Assembly (NCBI GenBank): GCA_029851245.1
Contig: CP099826.1
Span: 27,688 to 59,687, forward strand
Length of the DNA stretch: 32,000 nucleotides
Direction of reading: 5' to 3'
Source: Candidatus Saccharimonadota bacterium
GTDB lineage: Bacteria > Bacteroidota > Bacteroidia > Flavobacteriales > Blattabacteriaceae
Shown one piece after another: positions 20,008-28,649 of the stretch (position 1 is the first letter of the stretch; each line of letters begins with the position of its first letter). Below the pieces are notes generated by a model that saw only the letters and a program-made list of their open reading frames with translations, searched no databases and was not told the origin of the DNA. A program made the position numbers and the translations under genes.

Positions 20008-20778
20008 TTAAGAAATAAAAAAATTTTTATATATTTCATATAAAATAATACTACAAGCAATAGAAACATTTAATGATGATATTTTATTTTTATTAATAGG
20101 TATTTTAATAATATTATTAGATAAAGATAAGATATTTTTAGGAATACCTGTTTCTTCGTTACCTAAAATTAATGCTACTGAATTATAAATTTTATTTTTA
20201 AAAAAATTAATAGTATTAATATTAGATTTTTCAGAAATAGATAGTATTTTAATATTATTTTTTATTAAAATTTTAATAGTATTAATAATATTATTAACCC
20301 CAATAATATTAATTTTAAAAATAGCACCAGAAGAAATTTTAAATATTTCTGAATTATATATATATAAATTTTTTTTAATAATAATAATATCTACATTAAA
20401 ACATAAAGAAGTTCTAATAATATTACCAATATTTTTTATATCAGTAATTAAATATAATATTAAAATTATTAATTTTTTTTTATTTAAATAATAATTTAAT
20501 GTTTTTTTTTTAATAAAATTAATATATGCTATTATTCCTTGATCATTAATTTTTTTATTATTTTTATATTTATTAATAATATTATAAAAAATTTTATTAT
20601 TTAAATATTTAATAGATATATTTTTAAAATTTATTAATTTTATAATATTTGAATAATTATATTTTTTATTAATATTAATAATAATTAAGGAAATATTAAT
20701 ATTTTTAGAAAATAATGCTTCTTTAATAATATGGTAACCATAAATAATATTAAAATTTTTAATTTTAGAATTATTCAT
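20008..20778 (-). CDS. rlmB: SpoU/TrmH-family RNA 2'-O-methyltransferase (RlmB-like)
   Basis: 256 aa. N-terminal IYGYHIIKEAL (RlmB-type substrate-binding domain), IKNIGNIIRTS, ALILGNEETGI, IPINKNKISSLNVSIACSIILYE (SPOUT knot motifs). Confidence 0.65.
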   Translation of the reverse strand: MNNSKIKNFNIIYGYHIIKEALFSKNINISLIIININKKYNYSNIIKLINFKNISIKYLNNKIFYNIINKYKNNKKINDQGIIAYINFIKKKTLNYYLNKKKLIILILYLITDIKNIGNIIRTSLCFNVDIIIIKKNLYIYNSEIFKISSGAIFKINIIGVNNIINTIKILIKNNIKILSISEKSNINTINFFKNKIYNSVALILGNEETGIPKNILSLSNNIIKIPINKNKISSLNVSIACSIILYEIYKNFFIS

Positions 20779-20844
20779 ATATATTAATCTATATATTATA
20801 GATAAATATATTTTATATATATTTATATATAAAATAAATATTAA

Positions 20845-22479
20845 ATGAATTATAAAATATTAAAAAACAATAAAAATATATTTAATAATTATTATAAAAA
20901 TATAATATATATTAATAAATATGATATATATACTGGAAAAATATTAAAAATATTAAAAGAATATGTAATTGTAGATTTTGGATATAAATATGAAGGGATA
21001 GTATATTTAAATGAAATAAAAAAGAAAAAAATTAAAATAGGTAATAAATTAAAAGTAAAAATTATTAAAATTAATAATTATGGAGAATGTATATTATCAC
21101 ATGAAAAAGCAAAAATATTAATATTATGGAAAAAAATAGAATATGCATATAATAATAATAAAATATTAAAAGGTAAAATAATATCAAGAACTAAAGGAGG
21201 ATTTATAATAAATTTATATAAAAAGATAACAAGTTTTTTACCAGGTTCTCAAATGAATATAAAATCAATAAAAAATTATGATTATTATGTAGGTAAAAAA
21301 ATAAAAGTTAAAATAATAAATATTAATTATAATAATAAAAATATTATAGTATCACATAAAATATTAATAGAAAAAAATATAAGAGATAAAAAAAATAAAT
21401 TTATATCATCATTAAAAGTAGGAGATATAGTAAAAGGAAGAGTGAAAAGTATAATATCTTATGGGGCATTTATAGATTTAGGAAATATAGATGGATTATT
21501 ACATATTAAAGATATATTATATAAAAAATATGATATTAATAATATATTAAAAATTGGAGATTATTATAATTTTGTAATATTAGAAATAAATAAAAGTAAA
21601 ATGAGAGTACAATTAGGATTAAAACAATATATAAAAAATACATGGGAAATATATAAAAAGAATATTAAAATAGGTAAAATAGTAAAATGTAAAATAATAA
21701 ATATAACAAATTATGGTGCATATATAGAAATTAAAAAAGGAATAAATGGAATATTATATAGTTCAGAAATAACATGGGATTATAATTATAAATTTATAAA
21801 AAAAGTATTAAGAATAAATAATATTATTAAATGTGTAATAATTGATGTAAATAAAGAAAATAAAAAAATATTTGTAAGTCTAAAAAGATTAAAAAAAGAT
21901 CCATTAAAAGAAGATTTAAAAAAATATTATGTTGGTTCTAAACATAAAGGTAAAATAATAAAATTATTAAATAATAATTATGGATATAAAATAGAATTAA
22001 GAAAATATTTATATGGATATTTATTATATAATGAAATTTCTTGGTATACTAATGATGTATTAAATTATTTTAAAATTGGAGAGGAAATTAAGTTTATAAT
22101 AACATATATAGATTTTAAAATGAGAAGATTTTATTTAAGTTATAAATTATTAAAAAGAAATGAATGGAATAAATATATTAAAATATATTATAAAAATAGT
22201 ATTCATTTAGGAAAAATAAAAAATATATATAAAAATGGAATTTATTTAGTAAATAATAAACATAAATTTTTAAATTTCTTTATGCCATCAAAATTAATAA
22301 ATAAAAAATATAAAATTGATGAATTAATAAAATTTAAAATTATTAATATAAATGTAAAATTTAAAAAAATTATAGTATCTCCTAATATAAAAGTATATAA
22401 TAAAAATCAATTTATTAAAAAATCTACATTTGGTGATTTAACAGAATTATTATTAATTAAAAAGAAATTAGAAGAATAA
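20845..22479 (+). CDS. rpsA: 30S ribosomal protein S1
   Basis: 544 aa made of repeated S1/OB modules, for example GDIVKGRVKSIISYGAFIDLGNIDGLLHI and GKIVKCKIINITNYGAYIEIKKGINGILYSSEI. Confidence 0.9.
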   Translation: MNYKILKNNKNIFNNYYKNIIYINKYDIYTGKILKILKEYVIVDFGYKYEGIVYLNEIKKKKIKIGNKLKVKIIKINNYGECILSHEKAKILILWKKIEYAYNNNKILKGKIISRTKGGFIINLYKKITSFLPGSQMNIKSIKNYDYYVGKKIKVKIININYNNKNIIVSHKILIEKNIRDKKNKFISSLKVGDIVKGRVKSIISYGAFIDLGNIDGLLHIKDILYKKYDINNILKIGDYYNFVILEINKSKMRVQLGLKQYIKNTWEIYKKNIKIGKIVKCKIINITNYGAYIEIKKGINGILYSSEITWDYNYKFIKKVLRINNIIKCVIIDVNKENKKIFVSLKRLKKDPLKEDLKKYYVGSKHKGKIIKLLNNNYGYKIELRKYLYGYLLYNEISWYTNDVLNYFKIGEEIKFIITYIDFKMRRFYLSYKLLKRNEWNKYIKIYYKNSIHLGKIKNIYKNGIYLVNNKHKFLNFFMPSKLINKKYKIDELIKFKIININVKFKKIIVSPNIKVYNKNQFIKKSTFGDLTELLLIKKKLEE

Positions 22480-22493
22480 TAAAAATAAAAATA

Positions 22494-24956
22494 TTATTTA
22501 GATAAATTAAAAGATAATTTACCGAAATAATATTTATTTTTATTTTTTTTCCAAATATTTAAATATTTTAAATATTTAATAATATAATTATATATATTAT
22601 ATTTATAATTATTTTTTTTAATAAAAATAATTAATATTTTTATAGTATTATTAATAATTTTATAGATTTTATTATAAGTATCAATTTGATAATTTTCTAT
22701 AAAATTATTAATATTATTATTATAATATTTATATTTATTTTTAGATTTATTAAATTTAAAAATAAAATTAATATTTTTAAATAAATTAATATTATTTTTA
22801 TTATAAATTAAATTATAATTAAAGTTAGGAATAATAATAATTTTATAATATCTATTATTAATTTCATAAATATTTTTAAAATTTAAGTTATTATTATTAA
22901 TAATATAATATTTATTATAATTATTATACCAAAAATCTATAAAATTATAATAATGATTTTTATTTTCAAATTTATATATAATATTTAAAAAATAATATAT
23001 ATAATTTTTAATTTTTGATTTATTTAAAAAATTAAATTTATTAATAATATAATAAGATATATTATATATATTTAATTTTAAAATATATTTATAATTTATA
23101 TAAATATTGTATTTTTTTAAAAATTTAAAAAAATATTTTAAATTATTATTATAAATATATTTATTATTAAATTTTTTAATATTAATTTTTAATATTTTAA
23201 TTTTTATTAATAATAATAAAAGATTTATACGATATTTAATTTTATTAAAATATAAAATTTTAATAAATAAAATTAATATTTTAATATAGATAATATCATT
23301 TAAAAAAATTTTTTTTTGATATAATTTATTTTTAATTAAATAATTAATAATATTATTTTTTTCATAATCATTATTAATAATAATTGTAATATCTTTAATT
23401 TTATATCCATTATTTAATAAATAATTAATAGTATTGATAATTAGTTTTATATTTTTATAATTATTTTTATATAAATTAATTTCTATATAACCATTATTAT
23501 AATTTGTATTTGAATTTGTTAATTTAATAATATTTTTTTTGAATAATTTTTTATATTTATTATTAATAATATATTTATATAAAAATATAAAAAAACTATT
23601 ATTAAATTGAATAATATAATAATTATTAATATTATTATTTTTAATAAAAATATTTTTTATATTTATAAAATTATTAATATTTTTTAAAATATTAAATATT
23701 TTAAAAGTATCTTTATAATTATATATTGTGTTTTTTAAGTTACCAATAAAATATATATTTTTTCCTTCAGATATAATATTTTTAATAAAATTTTTATATA
23801 TTTTAAAATTATAAATTGGTATATTTTCAAAATTATTAATAAAAAAAATATTATAATTATTTAATATTTTAAAATATATTTCTTTATTAATATCAAAATG
23901 TTTATAATTTTTATTGTTAAATTTATATGTATTTATAATTTTAAATAATATATAAAAATATATAGAATATTTTTTAATATTATTATATAAATAAAATTTT
24001 AATGATAATTTAATAAACAATTTTTCATATTTAAATAATAAATATTTTATATAATTTATATATTTATTAATTTTTTTTTTTTTATTATGTTTAATATTTT
24101 TAGAAAAATATATTTTTTTATTTAAATTATTAAGTAATCTTTTATTTAGTAATTTACTATTTTTAATATTAAAAAATTTATAATTTTTAATATTAATTTT
24201 TTTTTTAAGAATATTATTAATATCATTATAAATAAAATTTTTATAATTAATTTTTTTAATTTTAAAAAAATTAATTATTTTTTTTTTATTTTTTTTAAAA
24301 ATATAATTAATATTTTTAATTTTAAAAGTATATAATTTAATAAGTTTTAATAATTTATTAGTAATATTATTATTCTTAATAAAAAAATTTAGATTATAAT
24401 TATTATATAAAGATAAAACTTTTAATAAAATAATTTTTTTAATATTTAAAATACCATTATTAATTTCATTATATAAAAATTTTTTAATAATAATTAATTT
24501 ATAATTATTAGTATATATTAAATTTTCAAATATATTATTATATAAATTATTAATTTTTTTAATATTATATATTTTTAAATTAAATTTTTTATTAATATTA
24601 AAAAAATTAATTTTATTATATAAAATAAATTTTATTTTTTTTTTATTTTTTTTTGCATGATTTAATAAAATTTTAGTTTTGTAAATAATTTTATTTTTTG
24701 AAGTATTAAAATATTTAGTTAAAAATAATAATAATGAAGTATTTTTTTTTTTATATAAATTATATAAAATAAATATAATGTAATTAAATAAATTATTATT
24801 ATTTAAAGAAAATAATAAGTTAAATTTATAAATATTTAAATCTATTATTAATATATTATAAAAATTATTTATATTTTTAAATAAATGAATTATATAATTT
24901 ATAATAATTATAGAATTATTTAAATAATAATTAGATGTGTTATATATTATTATCAT
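22494..24956 (-). CDS. Large conserved-open ORF. Putative highly diverged SF1 (UvrD/Rep/RecB/AddA-like) helicase homologue with its catalytic motifs replaced
   Basis: 820 stop-free codons in DNA where stop triplets are very frequent, so the frame is maintained. By eye: aa 371-384 FFINNFENIPIYNF versus family (I/L)xVDEFQDTxxxQ. aa 401-417 IYFIGNLKNTIYNYKDT versus LxxVGDxxQSIYxFRGA. aa 517-529 GYKIKDITIIINN versus the motif IV DIAVLxR region. aa 698-716 EINNRYYKIIIIPNFNYNL versus motif VI E.RRL.YVA.TRA...L. No GxGKT Walker A is present (aa 4-15 read IYNTSNYYLNNS). The product call is tentative. Confidence 0.4.
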   Translation of the reverse strand: MIIIYNTSNYYLNNSIIIINYIIHLFKNINNFYNILIIDLNIYKFNLLFSLNNNNLFNYIIFILYNLYKKKNTSLLLFLTKYFNTSKNKIIYKTKILLNHAKKNKKKIKFILYNKINFFNINKKFNLKIYNIKKINNLYNNIFENLIYTNNYKLIIIKKFLYNEINNGILNIKKIILLKVLSLYNNYNLNFFIKNNNITNKLLKLIKLYTFKIKNINYIFKKNKKKIINFFKIKKINYKNFIYNDINNILKKKINIKNYKFFNIKNSKLLNKRLLNNLNKKIYFSKNIKHNKKKKINKYINYIKYLLFKYEKLFIKLSLKFYLYNNIKKYSIYFYILFKIINTYKFNNKNYKHFDINKEIYFKILNNYNIFFINNFENIPIYNFKIYKNFIKNIISEGKNIYFIGNLKNTIYNYKDTFKIFNILKNINNFINIKNIFIKNNNINNYYIIQFNNSFFIFLYKYIINNKYKKLFKKNIIKLTNSNTNYNNGYIEINLYKNNYKNIKLIINTINYLLNNGYKIKDITIIINNDYEKNNIINYLIKNKLYQKKIFLNDIIYIKILILFIKILYFNKIKYRINLLLLLIKIKILKINIKKFNNKYIYNNNLKYFFKFLKKYNIYINYKYILKLNIYNISYYIINKFNFLNKSKIKNYIYYFLNIIYKFENKNHYYNFIDFWYNNYNKYYIINNNNLNFKNIYEINNRYYKIIIIPNFNYNLIYNKNNINLFKNINFIFKFNKSKNKYKYYNNNINNFIENYQIDTYNKIYKIINNTIKILIIFIKKNNYKYNIYNYIIKYLKYLNIWKKNKNKYYFGKLSFNLSK

Positions 24957-25018
24957 TAATATTAATATATAAAATAATATTTATTATTTTAATATTAAAC
25001 ATTTTAAAAAAAATTAAT

Positions 25019-25357
25019 ATGAATATAAGATATTATGAAACTATAATAATTTTTACACCATTGTTGTCAGAAAAACAAATAATTTCTACTTATAATGAAT
25101 ATAAAGAATATTTATTACATAAAAATATTGAAATTATAAAAGTAGAAATATGGGGTTTGCAAAAATTAGCTTATAGTATAAATAAAGTAAAAAATGGATA
25201 TTTTTATTTATTAGTATATAAAACAAAAACAAAATTTATAAAAATTTTTAATGTTAAAATATTACAAGATGATCGTATAATAAGATATTTAACAGTAAAA
25301 CTGAATAAATATGCAATAGAATATTTAAATAAAAAAAAAGATTATGAAAAAAAATAA
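25019..25357 (+). CDS. rpsF: 30S ribosomal protein S6
   Basis: I place the start at the internal ATG 25019 (MNIRYYETIIIFTPLLSEKQ...), which is the canonical S6 N-terminus (M..YE...I..P). The 28 upstream codons of the ORF-track frame would overlap the divergent 820-aa ORF and are hydrophobic low-complexity sequence. WGLQKLAYSINK matches S6. Confidence 0.88.
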   Translation: MNIRYYETIIIFTPLLSEKQIISTYNEYKEYLLHKNIEIIKVEIWGLQKLAYSINKVKNGYFYLLVYKTKTKFIKIFNVKILQDDRIIRYLTVKLNKYAIEYLNKKKDYEKK

Positions 25358-25610
25358 TATAAAATATTTATCACCTATTAAAATAGATATTAAAAAAAAA
25401 AAAAGATATTGTTATTTTAAAAAAAACAATATTAAATATATAGATTATAAAAATCCTAAATTTTTAATTAAATTTTTAAATGAATTTGGAAAAATTTTAC
25501 CTAGAAGAATAACAGGTGTATCTAAAAAATATCAAATTTTATTAAATAAAGCAATTAAAAGATGTAGACATATAGCATTATTACCATTTGTAACAGATAA
25601 TTTAAAATAA
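25344..25610 (+). CDS. rpsR: 30S ribosomal protein S18
   Basis: 88 aa. CYFKKNNIKYIDYKNPKFLIKFLNEFGKILPRRITGVSKKYQILLNKAIKRCRHIALLP is the S18 core. It overlaps the rpsF end by 14 nt. Confidence 0.93.
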   Translation: MKKNNIKYLSPIKIDIKKKKRYCYFKKNNIKYIDYKNPKFLIKFLNEFGKILPRRITGVSKKYQILLNKAIKRCRHIALLPFVTDNLK

Positions 25611-25618
25611 ATAAATTT

Positions 25619-26044
25619 ATGATAAAAGTAATATTAAAAAAAAATATATATAAATTAGGTAAAAAATATCAAATAATATTAGTAAAATATGGATATGCTA
25701 TAAATTATTTAATACCTAATAATTATGCGATTATTGCAACTAAATCAGAAATTAAAAATAATAATGAAATAATAAAACAAAAAAAAGAAAAATTAAAATA
25801 TAAAATAAAAATTAAAAAATATAATATTAAAAAAATAAATAAAATAAATTTAATATTTAAAATAAATAATAAAAAAAAATATATATCTAAAAAAGATATA
25901 TATAAAAGTTTAAAATTAAAAAATATATTAATTAAAAAAAAAAATATAATTTTAAAAAATAAAATTAAATTAATAGGTAATTATAAAATAAAAATAAAAA
26001 TTAGTAAAAAAATAGAAACATATATAAATGTAAATGTAATGTAA
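25619..26044 (+). CDS. rplI: 50S ribosomal protein L9
   Basis: 141 aa. MIKVILKKNIYKLGKKYQIILVKYGYAINYLIPNNYAIIAT matches the L9 N-domain (M.vIL..dv..lGk.Gd.v.Vk.GYarNyLiP...A..AT). It follows rpsR as usual. Confidence 0.9.
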   Translation: MIKVILKKNIYKLGKKYQIILVKYGYAINYLIPNNYAIIATKSEIKNNNEIIKQKKEKLKYKIKIKKYNIKKINKINLIFKINNKKKYISKKDIYKSLKLKNILIKKKNIILKNKIKLIGNYKIKIKISKKIETYINVNVM

Positions 26045-26067
26045 TATTTAATGTATTTTAAAAAAAA

Positions 26068-27027
26068 TTAAATATTATATAATAGGTTTTTTATATTTTT
26101 ATATAATAAAATATTAATATTACCATTAATAATATTATTAATATTATTAGTTTTATAACCTGTATTAAAATCTTTTATTAATTTATATGGATTAAAAATA
26201 TAATTTCTAATATAATTATTATTATTATTATTATAAATTTTATTTTTATTTAAATAAAAATTGTATAATTTTTTATTTAATAATTTAATAGCATATTTTT
26301 TATTAATAAATTGTGATCTATTTTTAGTATATTCAACACTAATATTAGTAGGTATATGTTTAATTCTTATACCAGTTTCTACTTTATTAATATTTTGTCC
26401 TCCTGCCCCACTAGATCTAAAAGTATTAATAATTAATTCATTATTATTAATATAATTAGTTTTTATATTTTTTTTAGGATATATATAGATTGAAGCTAAT
26501 GAGGTATGTATTTTATTTTTATTATTAAAAGGAGATTTACGAATTAATTTATGAATACCATTTTCTCCATATAAATAACCAAAAGAGTATTTTTTTTTTA
26601 TTTCAATAATATTTGATTTTTTATTAATATTATTAATAATTTTATATTTAAAGTTATTAATAATAGCCCATTTAATATACATATTTTTTAATATATTTAT
26701 CCAATCATAACTATCTTTACCACCATTTTTTTGATTAATTTTAATAATAGCATTATATTTATATTTTTTTTTAAATATTAAAATTATTAATTTATAAATT
26801 AATTTAAAAATTTTTTTTTTGTATAAATTAATTTCTAAATTTGAATTATAATTAATAAAAATATTTTTTAATAAATTAATATCATTATAAATATTTAAAA
26901 TTTTATTATAAATATTAATAATTTTATAATATTTATTATTAATTTTATTTAAATTTTTTAATTTATTAATATTAATAATTTTATTTAAATTCTTAATAGT
27001 AATATTAATATTTTTATTAAAAAACAT
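26068..27027 (-). CDS. prfB: Peptide chain release factor 2 (single uninterrupted frame)
   Basis: 319 aa. RF2-specific SPF tripeptide (IRKSPFNNKNKIHTS), GGQ loop RSSGAGGQNINKVETGIRIKHIPT, GGKDSYDWINILKNMYIKWA (versus SGGTEAQDWA..L.RMY.RWA). ATG start at 27025-27027. Confidence 0.9.
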   Translation of the reverse strand: MFFNKNINITIKNLNKIININKLKNLNKINNKYYKIINIYNKILNIYNDINLLKNIFINYNSNLEINLYKKKIFKLIYKLIILIFKKKYKYNAIIKINQKNGGKDSYDWINILKNMYIKWAIINNFKYKIINNINKKSNIIEIKKKYSFGYLYGENGIHKLIRKSPFNNKNKIHTSLASIYIYPKKNIKTNYINNNELIINTFRSSGAGGQNINKVETGIRIKHIPTNISVEYTKNRSQFINKKYAIKLLNKKLYNFYLNKNKIYNNNNNNYIRNYIFNPYKLIKDFNTGYKTNNINNIINGNINILLYKNIKNLLYNI

Positions 27028-27067
27028 ATTTGATTAAAAAATATAATTATTAAAAAATTAAAATAAA

Positions 27068-27156
27068 CGGAGAGAGAGGGATTTGAACCCCCGGAAAAAA
27101 TTAGATTTTTCAACGGTTTTCAAGACCGTCGCAATAAACCACTCTGCCATCTCTCC
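27068..27156 (-). tRNA. tRNA-Ser (anticodon UGA), class II with a long AT-rich variable arm
   Basis: The reverse complement reads GGAGAGA-TG-GCAGAGTGGTTTATTGCG-ACGGT-CTTGAAA-ACCGT-[TGAAAAATCTAATTTTTTCC]-GGGGG-TTCAAAT-CCCTC-TCTCTCC-G. It has a 7-bp acceptor stem, a TGA anticodon in a 7-nt loop, a T-loop TTCAAAT and no encoded CCA. It is a GC-rich island. Confidence 0.9.
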
Positions 27157-27223
27157 AATTATTATTATTAATAATAATAAATAATATTAATAAAAATAAA
27201 TATTATTTAAAATAAATAATAAT

Positions 27224-27295
27224 TGACGTAAGGGGGATTTGAACCCCCGACATTTGGGTTATGAAACCAATACTCTACCACTGAGTTATTACGTC
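27224..27295 (-). tRNA. tRNA with anticodon CAU, elongator type (Met or lysidine-dependent Ile2)
   Basis: The reverse complement reads GACGTAA-TA-ACTC-AGTGGTA-GAGT-A-TTGGT-TTCATAA-CCCAA-ATGTC-GGGGG-TTCAAAT-CCCCC-TTACGTC-A (72 nt). Position 1:72 is a G:C pair and 11:24 is C:G, so it lacks bacterial initiator hallmarks. There is one T:C mismatch at 31:39. Confidence 0.8.
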
Positions 27296-27370
27296 ATTTA
27301 TTTAATATATATTATAATAATTATTAATAATGAAATTATTAAAAATAATAATAAATATTATTAAAAATAA

Positions 27371-28555
27371 ATGTATAAAAATAATATATTAATAGGAATA
27401 TTTAAAAATAATATAAATAAGATTAATAATTTATATTATTTAAATGAATTAAAAAATTTATTAAAAGTATTTAAAGGAAAAGTAATAAATAAATTTTTAC
27501 AAAAAAGAATAAAACCTCATAGATTAACATATGTTGGAAAAGGATTTTTAAAAAATATTTCAGAATATATATTAAATAATAAAAATATAGATACAGTAAT
27601 ATTTGATGATGAATTATCATTAAGTCAAATTAAAAATATAGAAAAATATATAAAATGTAATATATCAGATAGAACAAAATTAATATTAGATATATTTTAT
27701 TATAAAGCTAAAACATTTAATGCAAAATTACAAATTAAATTAGCACAATATGAATATTTATTACCAAGATTAAAACATATGTGGAAACATTTAGAAAGAC
27801 AAAAAGGAGGAATAGGTATGCGTGGTCCAGGTGAAAAAGAAATTGAAACTGATAAAAGAAGAATTAAAAATTCAATTTTAAAAATTAAAAAAAAATTGAA
27901 AAAAATTAATAATAATATTATAATAAAAAGAAATAATAGAAGAAATAAAATATCTATATCTGTAATAGGATATACAAATGTTGGTAAGTCTACTATAATT
28001 AATGATTTTATTAAAAAAAAATTATTAGTAGAAAATAAATATTTTACTACATTAGATACTAATGTAAATTATTATTATTATAATAATAATAAATTTATTA
28101 TTATAGATACTATAGGATTTATTAGAAAAATACCAACTACTTTAATAGAATCTTTTAAATCGACTTTATTAGAAATTAAAAAATCTGATATAATAATACA
28201 TATAATAGATATTTCTAGTATAAATATAGTTGATAAATATTTATATATAATGAATTTTTTAATAAAATTAAAAATAATTAATAAAAAAATTATTACAATA
28301 ATTAATAAAATAGATAAAATTAAAAATAATAATATTAAAAAATATATTATAAGTAATATTTATAAAAATAAAATATTAAAAATAAAAAATAATAAAATAT
28401 ATTATATATATAAAATTAATAATAATTATTATAAAAAAATATCAAGATTTTATTTATATTCTAAAAAAATAATATATAAAAATAAAATAATAGATAGTAT
28501 TAAAAAATATATATATAATAAAACTAAAAATATTAAATATTTTACTTTTTATTAA
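27371..28555 (+). CDS. hflX: GTPase HflX
   Basis: 394 aa. HflX N-domain LAQYEYLLPRLKHMWKHLERQKGGIGMRGPGEKEIETDKRRI. G1 GYTNVGKST, G3 DTIGF, G4 NKIDK. Confidence 0.9.
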   Translation: MYKNNILIGIFKNNINKINNLYYLNELKNLLKVFKGKVINKFLQKRIKPHRLTYVGKGFLKNISEYILNNKNIDTVIFDDELSLSQIKNIEKYIKCNISDRTKLILDIFYYKAKTFNAKLQIKLAQYEYLLPRLKHMWKHLERQKGGIGMRGPGEKEIETDKRRIKNSILKIKKKLKKINNNIIIKRNNRRNKISISVIGYTNVGKSTIINDFIKKKLLVENKYFTTLDTNVNYYYYNNNKFIIIDTIGFIRKIPTTLIESFKSTLLEIKKSDIIIHIIDISSINIVDKYLYIMNFLIKLKIINKKIITIINKIDKIKNNNIKKYIISNIYKNKILKIKNNKIYYIYKINNNYYKKISRFYLYSKKIIYKNKIIDSIKKYIYNKTKNIKYFTFY

Positions 28556-28557
28556 AA

Positions 28558-28631
28558 TGGTCTCGGCTGGATTTGAACCAGCGACCCCTTGATTATGAGT
28601 CAAGTGCTATAACCGACTAAGCTACGAGACC
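28558..28631 (-). tRNA. tRNA with anticodon CAU, elongator type (Met or lysidine-dependent Ile2)
   Basis: The reverse complement reads GGTCTCG-TA-GCTT-AGTCGGTTA-TAGC-A-CTTGA-CTCATAA-TCAAG-GGGTC-GCTGG-TTCAAAT-CCAGC-CGAGACC-A (74 nt). G1:C72 is paired. It shares strings with both E. coli tRNA-Met(m) (GUAGCU, AGCAC, GGGGUC) and tRNA-Ile2 (GACUCAUAAUC, GCUGGUUCAA.UCCAGC), so identity is unresolved by eye. Confidence 0.85.
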
Positions 28632-28649
28632 TTAATAAAATATATTATG

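Noticed and set aside
24935-25018. 28-codon N-terminal extension of the rpsF ORF (MCYILLSLILIYKIIFIILILNILKKIN) overlapping the start of the 820-aa ORF
   Set aside because: The canonical S6 N-terminus (MNIRYYETIIIF) begins at the internal ATG 25019. The extension is hydrophobic low-complexity sequence and would overlap the divergent gene. A membrane-anchored S6 is implausible.
26261-26455. 64-aa ORF on the plus strand inside prfB
   Set aside because: It is antisense to the conserved GGQ region of prfB. It has hydrophobic low-complexity sequence and no motif support, so it is an expected shadow ORF.
27159-27180. Perfect 22-nt palindrome TTATTATTATTAATAATAATAA between the tRNA-Ser and tRNA(CAU) genes
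   Set aside because: It is built from simple TTA/TAA trinucleotide repeats with only A:T pairs. A few such palindromes are expected by chance in this composition. I cannot support it as a processing or regulatory element.
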